64,000 nt of DNA from Desulfobacteraceae bacterium (GCA_011390135.1 JAABSZ010000003.1:470-64469), one strand, 5' to 3'. Shown: positions 52,787 through 63,052, numbered from the stretch's first letter. The notes: generated from the sequence alone by a model not told the origin. Numbers and translations are program-made.

Positions 52787-55423
52787 ATGTTTCAACGAGT
52801 AGGCTCCGGTTACAAGCGGGTAAAAAAGAGCATCAGAGAGTGGATCGGCCGGATGCTGGAGGGGACCCACCATCATTACTCCTGCTACCTTCCCAGCCCT
52901 GTGGGCAGAGGGGTCGATTTCATCTTCCGGCAGTTCTTCTCCGGCATCACCCTCAATTTGCTGGAAAACCGGAAACTGAAAGGGCTTCCCCAAGATGGGG
53001 TGGTGGTATATGCCATCAAATATAAAAGCTATTTCGAATATCTTTTCTACCATACCAGATACCGGGAGGAGGGACTTCCCGCGCCGGTCATCGGGTTCGA
53101 TTTCTACCCGATGCTGCTGCAGCCGATATCGAGAATCCTGCAGATGCTGCTGGCCCGGATCGATCATTTCTACCGGTTCCTGCGGCTGCCGGACCCCTAC
53201 GAGAGCGGCTATTTAAAGGATGAGCTGCTCTCCGGAAAGGCCGGGCTTCTCGCTCTGGTGGAGAAGCGGGGATTCCGGAAACGCTTTGTGGACGCCTACA
53301 CGGACCCCTTGCGGTATCTCATCGACCTGCAGCGGAAGACAGAGCGGCCCATCTTCATAATCCCGCAGCTCATCTTCTTCAGCCGCAATCCCCAGCGGTC
53401 CGAGCCCTCCCTGATCGACATCCTCTTCGGCTCCGAGGAGAAGCCGGGGAACCTGCGCCGGCTCGTCACCCTCTTCAAGAATCCGGGCAAGGTCTTTGTG
53501 GAGGTCTCGGAGCCCTTCAACCTGAAGGGGTTTATCGAACTCCCCCAGAACCGGAACCAGAGCGCAGAAAATCTCTCCCTGATCCTCCGGCGGGACCTTT
53601 TGGTACAGATCAACCGACACCGCCACGCGATCACCGGGCCCGTGCTGAAGAACCGGGAGGAACTCAAGGAGAACATCCTGACCAACCACCGGCTCCGCTC
53701 CTATATGGAGCATTATGCCGAACACCGGGAGATCCCCCGGTACAAGGTCTACAAGGAGGCCGACGGCTACATCGACGAGATCGCGGCCAAATACAGCGTC
53801 AACCTGATCCAGCTCGCGTCGGTGACCGTCCGGTGGATGACCAATGCCATGTTCGAAGGGTACACCTTCAACAGCGATGTCTTGAACGAGGTCAAGCGGA
53901 TGGCCCGCCGGGGGCCCATCATCTTCGTCCCCTGCCACAAGAGCCATATCGACTACCTCATCCTCTCCTACATCCTCTATAACAACAATCTCCCCTGCCC
54001 CCATGTCGCGGCCGGAAAGAACCTCTCCTTCTGGCCACTGGGCTCCATCTTCCGCCGGGGGGGCGCATTCTTCATCCGGCGGACCTTTCGGGGGGCAGTG
54101 CTCTACTCCAAGGTATTTTCCGAGTATGTATATAAACTCCTGGAGGAGGGATACAACGTCGAATTCTTCATCGAAGGGGGCCGCAGCCGGACCGGAAAGC
54201 TGATCCAGCCCAAATTCGGGCTCCTCTCCATCCTCCTCAATGCCTACCGGGAGGGCGCGTGCGAGGATCTGATCCTGGCCCCGGTCTATCTCGGGTACGA
54301 CCGGGTGCTGGAGGAGGGGGCCTATCTCCACGAGATCGAAGGAGGGCAGAAGCGGCCCGAGAATTTCTGGCAGGTGCTCAAGGCCCGGAAGTTTCTGAAG
54401 AAGAGGTACGGCAAGATCTATGTCCAGTTCCACGAGCCGATCTCCCTCTCCGACTATCTGAGCCAGCAGAACCTGAGTATGCAGGAGATGAGCCCCAAGG
54501 AGCAGAACGGCCTGACCCGGTATCTCGGGTACCGGCTGATCAACGCGATCGACAGCGTCACGGTGATCACCCCCCATGCCGTGGTGGCCGGAGCTGCCCT
54601 CAACTGCTCCAAGCAGCGCTTCACCTATCCGCAGCTCACCGAAGGGATCGAGACCTACATGAGCTATCTCTTCGCGCTCGACGCCCGGCTGGCCGACACC
54701 CTGATGGTTGACTACAGCCACGCGATGGCACTGGTATTCGACACCTATGTCCAGCGCCGCTTCATCGAAAAGGTTCCGTCTGAGAAGGGCGGGAAGGAGG
54801 ATGGGTATTACACGGTCAACGCGGCAAGGCGGCCTGTGCTCGACTATTACAAGAACAACGGGATCAACTACTTTGTGCCGGCCGCATTTACCGCGATGGC
54901 CATCCTCGAAAGGGATGCGTTTCAGTTCTCCGCGCAGGATCTCCATAAGGGGTACGACTTTCTCCGGGAGTTCTTCAACAATGAGTTCGCGTATGATGTG
55001 GACCGGGATACCGATTTCTACATCCGCCAGACCCTGAAGGTCTTCACCGATGACGCGATTTTAATGCCCCATCCCGAACTGAAAGACACCTACAACCTCA
55101 CCTCGGCCGGATACCGGAAGCTGAAGATCTTTGCCGCGTTTTTAAAGACCTATTTCGAGACCTACTGGGTTGTGTTGAATGTCTTCATGCGCTATCCCAA
55201 GAACTTTCTCAATCCCAAGAACCGCACCCGGAAGATCGGCTCCATGGGCAACCGGATGCTCAAGCGGGGGGAGATCGAGCTGACCGAATCCCTATCCCGG
55301 TTCACCTATAAGAACGCGGAGGATTTCTTCACCAATCACGGCATCCACGGATCCGAGGACAGCGAGATCATCGAATCCTACGACAAGAGCATCCGGCGGT
55401 ATCTGAGCCGTCTGACTGTGTAG
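52787..55423 (+). CDS. plsB: glycerol-3-phosphate acyltransferase (PlsB-like)
   Basis: Acyltransferase HxxxxD motif (CHKSHIDYLILS), FFIRR and IEGGRSRTGK blocks. The start is uncertain (track 52727; I prefer ATG 52787). Confidence 0.8.
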   Translation: MFQRVGSGYKRVKKSIREWIGRMLEGTHHHYSCYLPSPVGRGVDFIFRQFFSGITLNLLENRKLKGLPQDGVVVYAIKYKSYFEYLFYHTRYREEGLPAPVIGFDFYPMLLQPISRILQMLLARIDHFYRFLRLPDPYESGYLKDELLSGKAGLLALVEKRGFRKRFVDAYTDPLRYLIDLQRKTERPIFIIPQLIFFSRNPQRSEPSLIDILFGSEEKPGNLRRLVTLFKNPGKVFVEVSEPFNLKGFIELPQNRNQSAENLSLILRRDLLVQINRHRHAITGPVLKNREELKENILTNHRLRSYMEHYAEHREIPRYKVYKEADGYIDEIAAKYSVNLIQLASVTVRWMTNAMFEGYTFNSDVLNEVKRMARRGPIIFVPCHKSHIDYLILSYILYNNNLPCPHVAAGKNLSFWPLGSIFRRGGAFFIRRTFRGAVLYSKVFSEYVYKLLEEGYNVEFFIEGGRSRTGKLIQPKFGLLSILLNAYREGACEDLILAPVYLGYDRVLEEGAYLHEIEGGQKRPENFWQVLKARKFLKKRYGKIYVQFHEPISLSDYLSQQNLSMQEMSPKEQNGLTRYLGYRLINAIDSVTVITPHAVVAGAALNCSKQRFTYPQLTEGIETYMSYLFALDARLADTLMVDYSHAMALVFDTYVQRRFIEKVPSEKGGKEDGYYTVNAARRPVLDYYKNNGINYFVPAAFTAMAILERDAFQFSAQDLHKGYDFLREFFNNEFAYDVDRDTDFYIRQTLKVFTDDAILMPHPELKDTYNLTSAGYRKLKIFAAFLKTYFETYWVVLNVFMRYPKNFLNPKNRTRKIGSMGNRMLKRGEIELTESLSRFTYKNAEDFFTNHGIHGSEDSEIIESYDKSIRRYLSRLTV

Positions 55424-55437
55424 GAACGGGCCAAAGA

Positions 55438-57186
55438 ATGCATGCACTGGTTCTTGCCGCAGGACTGGGAACCCGGCTGCTGCCCCATACCCGGCTGCTG
55501 CCGAAACCCCTCTTTCCCATCGGGGGCCGGCCCCTTCTGGACCGGATCATATGGGATCTGATCCGTTCCGGGTGCCGGGGGATCGTGGTCAACACCCATT
55601 ATCTCTCCGGCCGGATCGAGGCGTTTATCGAAGAGCGCCGATACCCGGTTCCGGTGCGGACCCTTCACGAGCCCGATATCTTAGGAACCGGCGGAGCCAT
55701 CCGGAATGCTGCCAACGCAGGACTGCTCGGAGACGGCCCTTTTCTGGCCGTCAACGGGGATATCCTGACCGACATCGACTATGGCGCCCTCTACCGGTTT
55801 CATCTCTCCCATCCCCATCCCGCCACACTTGCCCTTGTGGACAATTCTGAATTCAACACCGTGACCGTGGATGTGGATGGCTCTAATGGCTCGGACGGCT
55901 CGGATGGCTCTAATAGATCGGACGGATCGGACCGCGTGGATGGCTTTGTCTCCGGCTTTGCCGGAAACGGGAAAGGGCTCACTTTCACCGGGGTTCAGGC
56001 ATTGGACCCGGAGATCCTCGCCTTCATTCCCGGAGAGGGATTCTCCAGCAGCATCGACGCGTATGAAAAATCGATGAAGGCCGGAAAGAAGATCCGGGCG
56101 CATATCGAAAGCGGATTTCAATGGGAGGATCTGGGGACGCCGCAGCGGTATCGAATGGCCGCGGCCCGGGTCATGGCAGATAAAGCCTTTGCAGAGGCCG
56201 ATCCAAAAAGCCGTCGGCAACCGCCCATCTTCTGCCGCCGGCTCAAGGGCGACGGCTCGAACCGGGGCTGGTTTCAGTTGCAGTCGATGGAGAAGGCAAA
56301 GAGTATGATCGTCGCGGATCACGGGGTTCGAACCGTTCCTGTGGGGGAAGCGGACGAGGCCGACGCATTTGTCTCAATCGGGCATCATCTGTTGGAAAAA
56401 GGGATTCCGGTTCCCGAAATCGGCCATTACGATACCTTTTCCGGTCTCGTCTTCTGTGAGGATTTAGGAGATTGTCATCTTCAGCAGCGAATAAAGGCTC
56501 AAAAAGGCAGGGATGGGATCATTCGGGAATACCGGGAGGTGATCCAGGCGCTGGTGAGGCTCGGCATTGATGGGGCACAGGAATTCGATACCAGATGGAC
56601 CTTTCAGAGCCCCGCATACGACCGGGAGCTGATCCTTGAAAAGGAGTGCCACTATTTTGTCGATGCCTTTTTGAACCGATATCTGAACCGGAAAGTCCGG
56701 TATGCGGATCTCAAGCCGGAGTTTTCTAGGATTGCTGATCTGACGCTGCAGTATGCCCATCCGGGGCTGATCCACCGGGACATGCAGTCGAGAAACATCA
56801 TGATCTTTCAGGGAAAGCCCTTTTTCATCGACTTTCAAGGGGCCCGTCCTGGCCCTCTCCAGTATGATCTGGCCTCTCTTCTGCCGGACCCGTACACCGA
56901 TCTTCCCGCGGATATCCAAAAATCCCTGTATGACATGGCCATTGCCGAATATGGCCGCAGGATCGAATTCGACCAGGAGGAATTCCATCGGGGATATCTC
57001 CTCTGCCGGATCACGAGAAACCTTCAGATCCTGGGAGCATTCGGATTTCTCAGCCGGGTTCAGGGGAAGGCCGATTTTGCGGCATATATTCCCGCGGCGG
57101 TCCGTTCATTGCAGGGCAACCTTCGGGGGATCACGGACATCACCGGCCCTCTTCCCCTACTGGAGGCGCTGGTGGAAAGCCTTTAG
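55438..57186 (+). CDS. fusion of a sugar-1-phosphate nucleotidyltransferase (MurU-like) and an aminoglycoside-phosphotransferase-fold kinase (AmgK-like)
   Basis: N-terminal LAAGLGTRL...KPL motif. C-terminal APH-fold block LIHRDMQSRNIM...IDFQGA. Confidence 0.7.
   Translation: MHALVLAAGLGTRLLPHTRLLPKPLFPIGGRPLLDRIIWDLIRSGCRGIVVNTHYLSGRIEAFIEERRYPVPVRTLHEPDILGTGGAIRNAANAGLLGDGPFLAVNGDILTDIDYGALYRFHLSHPHPATLALVDNSEFNTVTVDVDGSNGSDGSDGSNRSDGSDRVDGFVSGFAGNGKGLTFTGVQALDPEILAFIPGEGFSSSIDAYEKSMKAGKKIRAHIESGFQWEDLGTPQRYRMAAARVMADKAFAEADPKSRRQPPIFCRRLKGDGSNRGWFQLQSMEKAKSMIVADHGVRTVPVGEADEADAFVSIGHHLLEKGIPVPEIGHYDTFSGLVFCEDLGDCHLQQRIKAQKGRDGIIREYREVIQALVRLGIDGAQEFDTRWTFQSPAYDRELILEKECHYFVDAFLNRYLNRKVRYADLKPEFSRIADLTLQYAHPGLIHRDMQSRNIMIFQGKPFFIDFQGARPGPLQYDLASLLPDPYTDLPADIQKSLYDMAIAEYGRRIEFDQEEFHRGYLLCRITRNLQILGAFGFLSRVQGKADFAAYIPAAVRSLQGNLRGITDITGPLPLLEALVESL
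55876..55944 (+). repeat. 27-nt tandem duplication in the interdomain region of the MurU/AmgK-like gene
   Basis: GATGGCTCTAATGGCTCGGACGGCTCG (55876-55902) and GATGGCTCTAATAGATCGGACGGATCG (55903-55929) plus a partial third copy. Encodes DGSNGSDGS DGSNRSDGS DRVDG. Confidence 0.85.
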
Positions 57187-58013
57187 ACCGAAATCCGCCC
57201 GATAAACTGCGCCATCGGTTCCAATACCGAAACCGGGTCCTGCAGGTGCGGAATATGCCCGCAGCCCGGCATCATGACGATCTCAGAAGGCCCGGAAACC
57301 CCCTCTGCAATCCCTTCCACCTGGGCGACGGTTCCGTACTCATCCTTCTCCCCCTGCATCACCAGAACCGGGCATTCGACTTTCGGCAGCAGATCCTCCA
57401 TGTTCCAGCTCCGGAACTCTTTTGAAAGCCAGGTATCGGCCCACCGGTAGAAGAGCGCATCGGTATTCACCCCGTGATGACGGAGAAGCTTCTCCCTCAG
57501 ATTCCCCTTTTCGTAGGCATCTACGGCCTCCCGGATACCGGCCACGGTGATCTCCTCCACAAAGATATGCGCCGCCTCGGTGATGAGGCCGATGATACCC
57601 GTTCCATCGTTTCCGTTTCGATTCTCTTCAGAAAGGGCAGCGGCCACCAGCGCGATAGTGCCGCCGTCACTGTGGCCGATGAGGATTGCCCGTTTAATGC
57701 CGCACCCTTTCAGCACCCCCGGCAGGAGGATCGCCCCCTCCTGAATCAGGTACTCTTTTGGCCAAGGCCCAGCCGGCAGGAGCGTGGAGCCGCCATATCC
57801 GCGCCGGTCATACACCATTCCGGAAAGCCCAGTCATCTGACAGAGCCGATGGGGAAAATCCCGCCAGAGTTCGATGCGGCCCAATCCCTCGTGAAGAAAA
57901 ACCAGAACGGGCGCGTCTTCTGTAGCTTTTCGATTTTCAGGGATCAGGCGGAGAGTCCGATGGGTGATGCCATCGACAAAAACCTCAGAGATCCTCTCAT
58001 GCAGCGCCATCAC
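57183..58013 (-). CDS. alpha/beta-fold hydrolase
   Basis: Nucleophile elbow GHSDGG, HG-type oxyanion region FLHEGLG and C-terminal His (GCGHIPH). Confidence 0.85.
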   Translation of the reverse strand: MMALHERISEVFVDGITHRTLRLIPENRKATEDAPVLVFLHEGLGRIELWRDFPHRLCQMTGLSGMVYDRRGYGGSTLLPAGPWPKEYLIQEGAILLPGVLKGCGIKRAILIGHSDGGTIALVAAALSEENRNGNDGTGIIGLITEAAHIFVEEITVAGIREAVDAYEKGNLREKLLRHHGVNTDALFYRWADTWLSKEFRSWNMEDLLPKVECPVLVMQGEKDEYGTVAQVEGIAEGVSGPSEIVMMPGCGHIPHLQDPVSVLEPMAQFIGRISV

Positions 58014-59758
58014 CGATCCTCTCCTGCAGCGCCATCTTCGATCTCCTCCTCTTCCGATGCCGATGCCGATTCCGATCGTTTCAGAATACCTTTCAGCCGA
58101 TAGGTTCGGATCGACTCGGTCTTTCCCTTGATCGCCTTGGGCGGCAGGGGCTCGGCTTCGATCTTCTCCGCGAGATAGCGGTAGACCGGCTCGGTGAGGA
58201 TGATCTCACCCGATGCCGCGATACCGTTGACCCGGGAGGCCACATTCACCGTATCCCCGATAACGGTATATTCCATCTTCACCTGAGATCCGATATTGCC
58301 GGAGACCACCACACCGGTATTTATGCCGATGCCCACGGCCGGCAGCAGAGGATTGCCGTCCCGTCCGGCAAGGGCAAACCGGCGCTGCATCTCCACCGCG
58401 GCCCGCACGGCCCGCTCCACATGATCCTTGTGGAAGACCGGAACGCCGAAGACCCCCAGCACCGCATCTCCGATAAACTTGTCCACATACCCCCCGTACT
58501 GTAGAATGGTGCTGGCAGCGATCTCCAGATAGGCATTGAGCTTCTCGACCACATCCTCGGGCTCCTGAACCTCAGCATAGGCGGTGAAGCCCCGGATGTC
58601 GGTGAAGAGGATCGTGGCCTCGTTCCGATTCCCCTTCAGCCATGCGCTCTCGGGGTTGGCCATGATCATCTCCAGCACCTCGGTGCCCACATACTTGCCA
58701 AAAGACTTCTGCATCAGGGAGTTGACCCAGAGATCCCGGCTCATCCGGTTGAATGCGATGGCAAGACTTCCCAGCTCGTCGTTCCGGTTGAGATCGACCT
58801 TGTGCTGATAGTTGCCCCGGCTGATCTCCTCGGTGGCCCCCACCAGTGTCAGAACCGGTTTTGAGAAACGGAAACCGAGCCAAATGGCAATCACGGCCCC
58901 GAGAAGGATGATGATGCCGGTGGCCTGGAAGATGGAATAGGCCTTTTTACGGATCAGCGTCTCGATAAAATCGATCGAGACCCCCACATGAACCTCCCCC
59001 AGCCGGTTGTTCCGAAACGAGATATCCTTGAACAGATTGAGCATCTTCTCCCCGGACCGGGCCACATAGGAGAAGTAGGTCACATCCTCGGACTGCCGGA
59101 TCGGCTGCCCCGTATTGAAGCTTTCAAAAGCTTTGCCAAGCTGGAGATGATCCGTATGGGCCATGATACTGCCCTCATTGTCCACGATCACCGCGTAGCG
59201 AATTCCCTCCACCTCCACCGACTGCCGGATCAGCGACAGGAGCGCGGGAAAGTTCTCCTCCAGGATCGGAATCCGGGCATTGTTGGCAAAATAGCTGAGG
59301 CTGACGGTGCCGATCCGGACCATCTGCTGATGAAGCTGCTCCTTCTGCTGGCTCAGGGTGACGTAGCCCAGGGTTAGGGATGTCAGCAGAATGATGCCCA
59401 CCATCGCGGCCGAAAGCTGAAACCAGATGGGCAGCCGGGGGGCCGGGATCATGTGTGCAAAGGGCCGCCGTTTTTTTCGGATCTCCTCGCCGATATTGTC
59501 CGAAAGAGAGGTTGCGGAAATCCCATAGTGCGCGTTGATGGCATCCACGATCTCCCGCTCCGAAGCATACCCCAGGTCGAAGATCACCAGCCCCAGATGA
59601 ACAGGCCGTCCCATACTGCACCGCTCCCGCTGGAGATTGAGTGCGCGGTTGAGCTGTCCATCGGTGATGATCCCCCGCCGTCTGAGCAGCTCCCCGATCG
59701 ACATATTGATGTCTTCGTAGGGATTTTTGAGCCCCTTTTTCATCCGATAGGGTTTCAT
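58010..59758 (-). CDS. class III adenylate/guanylate cyclase with N-terminal MshEN/GspE_N-like domain, TM sensor region and HAMP
   Basis: SIGELLRRRGIITDGQLNRALNLQ matches the MshEN 24-residue pattern. HAMP region (ATEEISRGNY...AFNRM). Cyclase core ATILFTDIRGFT...GDAVLGVFG. ATG 59758 chosen (ATGA overlap with the upstream gene). Confidence 0.8.
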   Translation of the reverse strand: MKPYRMKKGLKNPYEDINMSIGELLRRRGIITDGQLNRALNLQRERCSMGRPVHLGLVIFDLGYASEREIVDAINAHYGISATSLSDNIGEEIRKKRRPFAHMIPAPRLPIWFQLSAAMVGIILLTSLTLGYVTLSQQKEQLHQQMVRIGTVSLSYFANNARIPILEENFPALLSLIRQSVEVEGIRYAVIVDNEGSIMAHTDHLQLGKAFESFNTGQPIRQSEDVTYFSYVARSGEKMLNLFKDISFRNNRLGEVHVGVSIDFIETLIRKKAYSIFQATGIIILLGAVIAIWLGFRFSKPVLTLVGATEEISRGNYQHKVDLNRNDELGSLAIAFNRMSRDLWVNSLMQKSFGKYVGTEVLEMIMANPESAWLKGNRNEATILFTDIRGFTAYAEVQEPEDVVEKLNAYLEIAASTILQYGGYVDKFIGDAVLGVFGVPVFHKDHVERAVRAAVEMQRRFALAGRDGNPLLPAVGIGINTGVVVSGNIGSQVKMEYTVIGDTVNVASRVNGIAASGEIILTEPVYRYLAEKIEAEPLPPKAIKGKTESIRTYRLKGILKRSESASASEEEEIEDGAAGEDR

Positions 59759-60798
59759 GGGATTGAAGATCGTTTCACCCCGGTTGAAGATAATTCCGAA
59801 TGAAAAGCCCGTGCCGCCTCCTCGGTAAATTCCGGTTCCATGCCGGTGTACCGGGGGGAATGATGAAACAGCGTGTACGCCTTTACCCCGGCCTGAGCCG
59901 CCAGAAGACCGGCCTGCCATGCGGTGAGGTGGAATTTTTCCGCGGCCATCTCCCGATCCGCATCCAGAAAGGCCGCTTCGATAAAGAGATGATCCGCATC
60001 GGCTGCAAGTGCAATTATCTTTTCACGGTTATCCGGATCGTACCGGACATCGGTGACATAAACGATCTTCTGACCCGGCGTGATTCTCGCGATAGACTCC
60101 TGAAGTGCTTTTAATGGGAAGGTCTTTGTCTCACGCTCGGAAAGAGGAACGGAAAAGGGCGTATCCGGGGAGAGGTTTCCAAAGATCGCAGCCTTGAAAC
60201 GATTGAGCCAGGGCCCCACCGGAAGCCCCATCTCCCTGAGCCGCTCCTCGATGATATTGACATGGAATCTTTCAGTGAGAGCAAAGCCGAGAGAGGCGGT
60301 TCCATGATCCAGGATAGCGGCCCTCACCGAAATGTCATCGGCCTGAAGAAGCTCGATCAGCGGGCCTGCAGCCGATTCGGATCGAACATCCTCTGTGGGA
60401 ACAAAACCTTTCCGGCAGTCAAAGGTCTGCCGGAGCAGCAGATCCCCTCTCACTTCAACAGCCTCCACCGCAAAATGATTTTCATACCCTTCCGCGAGAT
60501 TCCAGCGGTATCCGGAGAGCTTCCCCGCCACATTTTTCAAAAAGCCTTCGGGCCCATACACGGAAAAGAGCTTCTCCCGGCCCAGAAAGAGGCGCAGGGC
60601 CTGATCGAAGCCGATGAAGTGATCCATGTGGGTATGGCTGATAAAGGCGTGATCGATCTTGAGGATATCCCGGGCCGCAAGGGGGGAGAGATCTCCGAGG
60701 TCGAAGATCACCGCCCGCTTTTCAAACCCGAAGGGGACAAAGAGGCCCGGATCGTCAAAAGGGCCGTTGACGGTCCTGGGGTGGAAGGTCGGACGCAT
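59755..60798 (-). CDS. MBL-fold hydrolase (RNase Z/RNase BN-like)
   Basis: HAFISHTHMDHFIG motif and C-terminal FHHSPRY. Confidence 0.8.
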   Translation of the reverse strand: MRPTFHPRTVNGPFDDPGLFVPFGFEKRAVIFDLGDLSPLAARDILKIDHAFISHTHMDHFIGFDQALRLFLGREKLFSVYGPEGFLKNVAGKLSGYRWNLAEGYENHFAVEAVEVRGDLLLRQTFDCRKGFVPTEDVRSESAAGPLIELLQADDISVRAAILDHGTASLGFALTERFHVNIIEERLREMGLPVGPWLNRFKAAIFGNLSPDTPFSVPLSERETKTFPLKALQESIARITPGQKIVYVTDVRYDPDNREKIIALAADADHLFIEAAFLDADREMAAEKFHLTAWQAGLLAAQAGVKAYTLFHHSPRYTGMEPEFTEEAARAFHSELSSTGVKRSSIP

Positions 60799-60800
60799 GA

Positions 60801-61226
60801 TCAGGTGGTGGCAACGTACCGGGTCACCTGTCGATGGATGCAGGAGTAGATCTCCTCGTCCGAACCGTAGATATCCACAACATCTTTGTGGTTGATCAGC
60901 TTTTCGATGACAAAGGCAGTCAGATAGAGGCTGACGATGTTGGGATGGGGCACGACGCTTCGAAACGGAGCCACCTGATAATCCACATCGAAATCCTCGG
61001 CATGGGCCAGACGCTCCAGGGCCTTCTGCACCTGCTCCTGAAGTCCGTTCTTGTTGTGGGTCTCCACGAGATTCTGGTCCACGAGCTTGATGGCCACCGC
61101 ATTGCTCAGGGTTTCCAGGTTATCCCGGACCCCCATGATGGCCTTGCGTCGGGCCTGCTCCTTTGAAGATTCGATCTTCGAAAGGAGGCTCGCTTCTCGT
61201 GTACTGGGTCGAAACACCTTGGCCAT
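60801..61226 (-). CDS. hypothetical protein (possibly DUF507 family)
   Basis: 141-aa ORF, 2 nt upstream of the MBL gene. The C-terminal VVDIYGSDEEIYSCI resembles DUF507, recalled from memory only. Confidence 0.55.
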   Translation of the reverse strand: MAKVFRPSTREASLLSKIESSKEQARRKAIMGVRDNLETLSNAVAIKLVDQNLVETHNKNGLQEQVQKALERLAHAEDFDVDYQVAPFRSVVPHPNIVSLYLTAFVIEKLINHKDVVDIYGSDEEIYSCIHRQVTRYVATT

Positions 61227-61312
61227 GGGATTCCCCTTCTATCAAGAGTTGATAACAGCTTGTGATGTCACAATATTGAATTATACTATCCGAGGATTTC
61301 TTTGCAAGGATT

Positions 61313-63052
61313 TTATAGCTCCCGAACCATGATCTGCGGAATTTTCTGATCCTGATACCGGTTCCAGGCCAGGTTAAACGCAATCCTTTCAAAATAACAG
61401 ATCTTCATATCTTCGGGGGCCGGGTGGAAATGGATGGCCGCGACGGCCCGTGCCAGCCGGTCTCCCGCGGGCCGCAGCATCATCTTCCGATGGTATCTTC
61501 CAACGGTCTTGGAATGGACCACCGAGATATCTTCGGCTATGAAGAGCGGCTCCGGGTTTCCCTCGCCAAAGGGCTGGAGATCCTCCAGTTCGTCTATGAG
61601 CTGCGGGGTGATGTCGGAGAGTTCGATCCGGCCGTCCAGAAAAAGCCGCGGGATGAAATCCTCTGGCCGGGAACCGCGGCAGACCGCATCATCGAAGGCA
61701 TGGGCAAATGCTTCGATATTTTCGGCCTTCAGGCTGAGCCCCGCGGCCATGGCATGTCCCCCGAAGCGATCCAGATGATCGGCACAGTCGCCCAATGCCT
61801 CATGGAGCAAAACCCCGGGAATGCTTCGGCCCGAGCCTTTGGCCATGCCATCTTCGATCCGGATGAGAATCACGGGGCGAAAGTAGAGATCCACGAGCTT
61901 GGATGCGACGATCCCGATGACCCCGTCGTGCCAGCCCTCCTTTGCCAGAACCAGGGAGTGCTTTTCCAGCAGATGGGGCTTCTTCTCGATCTCTTTGATG
62001 ATCTCTTCGACCATCTTCCGCTGGGTCCGCTGCCGTTCCGCATTGAGCTGGCAGAGGCCCTGCGCGATCCTGTCGGCCTCGTCGGGGCAGGTCGATGTGA
62101 GCAGATCCAGGGCCGCCTTGGCATGGGAGAGGCGGCCGGCCGCGTTGATCCTTGGGGCCAGCCGGAACGCGATATCCCCGGACCCGCTGCACTTCCCTTT
62201 AATGCCGCTGGCCCGCATCAGAGAGAGCAGCCCGGGCCGGCATCCGTTGTTGATCACATCCAGCCCGGCCCTGGAAAAGATCCGGTTTTCCGCGATCAGC
62301 GGCACCACATCGGCCACGGTTCCCAGGGCCACCAGATCGCAGAAATCCTTCAGATTCGGCTCGATGCCCTCTTTCCAGAAATCGGCCTCCCGCATATATT
62401 TCCGCAAAGAGATCAGCAGATAGAAGGCCACCCCCACCCCCGCGAGGTGATCCAATCCCGAGGTACAGTCTGGCCGCTTCGGGTTGACCACTGCCAGGGC
62501 TTGGGGCAGATCTCCGCAGACCTGATGGTGATCTGTGATGATCAGGTCGATCCCGGCCCTTTTGGCGGCCAGGGCCGCGTTATGGCTTCCGGTCCCGCAG
62601 TCCACGGTGATGATCAGCTTAATTCCCAGCGGTGCTGCAATCTGGGTCACATGCCGGCGGCGCAGACCATACCCCTCTTTGGAGCGATGGGGAATATAGG
62701 GCGTCACATCCGCGCCCGCGGCCCTCAGAAACTCATAAACAATTCCCGTTGCCGTGACCCCGTCCACATCGTAATCCCCGAAGATCAGGATCTTCTCCTT
62801 TGCCGTCAGGGCCTGATGAATCCGCTTTACCGCGATATCGAGATCCCGGATATCAAAAGGAGGCCGGATATCTTTGATGGTCGGCCGCATGAATGGCCGG
62901 GCCGTTTCCATCGAGGTGATCTTCCGGTTGACCAGCACCCCGGCCGTGATCGGGTGGCACCCCATCTCCCGGCAGAGAAGCTTTACCGCATTCTCATCAG
63001 GCTGCGCGATTTCCCATTTTTTTTCGTTCTGTTCCATCATAATGGCCAACAC
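61313..63052 (-). CDS. recJ: single-stranded-DNA-specific exonuclease RecJ
   Basis: DHH motifs (IFGDYDVDGVT, ITVDCG, ITDHH) and DHHA1 GGHAMAAG. Confidence 0.9.
   Translation of the reverse strand: MLAIMMEQNEKKWEIAQPDENAVKLLCREMGCHPITAGVLVNRKITSMETARPFMRPTIKDIRPPFDIRDLDIAVKRIHQALTAKEKILIFGDYDVDGVTATGIVYEFLRAAGADVTPYIPHRSKEGYGLRRRHVTQIAAPLGIKLIITVDCGTGSHNAALAAKRAGIDLIITDHHQVCGDLPQALAVVNPKRPDCTSGLDHLAGVGVAFYLLISLRKYMREADFWKEGIEPNLKDFCDLVALGTVADVVPLIAENRIFSRAGLDVINNGCRPGLLSLMRASGIKGKCSGSGDIAFRLAPRINAAGRLSHAKAALDLLTSTCPDEADRIAQGLCQLNAERQRTQRKMVEEIIKEIEKKPHLLEKHSLVLAKEGWHDGVIGIVASKLVDLYFRPVILIRIEDGMAKGSGRSIPGVLLHEALGDCADHLDRFGGHAMAAGLSLKAENIEAFAHAFDDAVCRGSRPEDFIPRLFLDGRIELSDITPQLIDELEDLQPFGEGNPEPLFIAEDISVVHSKTVGRYHRKMMLRPAGDRLARAVAAIHFHPAPEDMKICYFERIAFNLAWNRYQDQKIPQIMVREL

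Noticed and set aside
53213-54946. 577-aa minus-strand ORF
   Set aside because: It is antisense to the PlsB-like acyltransferase gene, and its composition is that of a shadow ORF.
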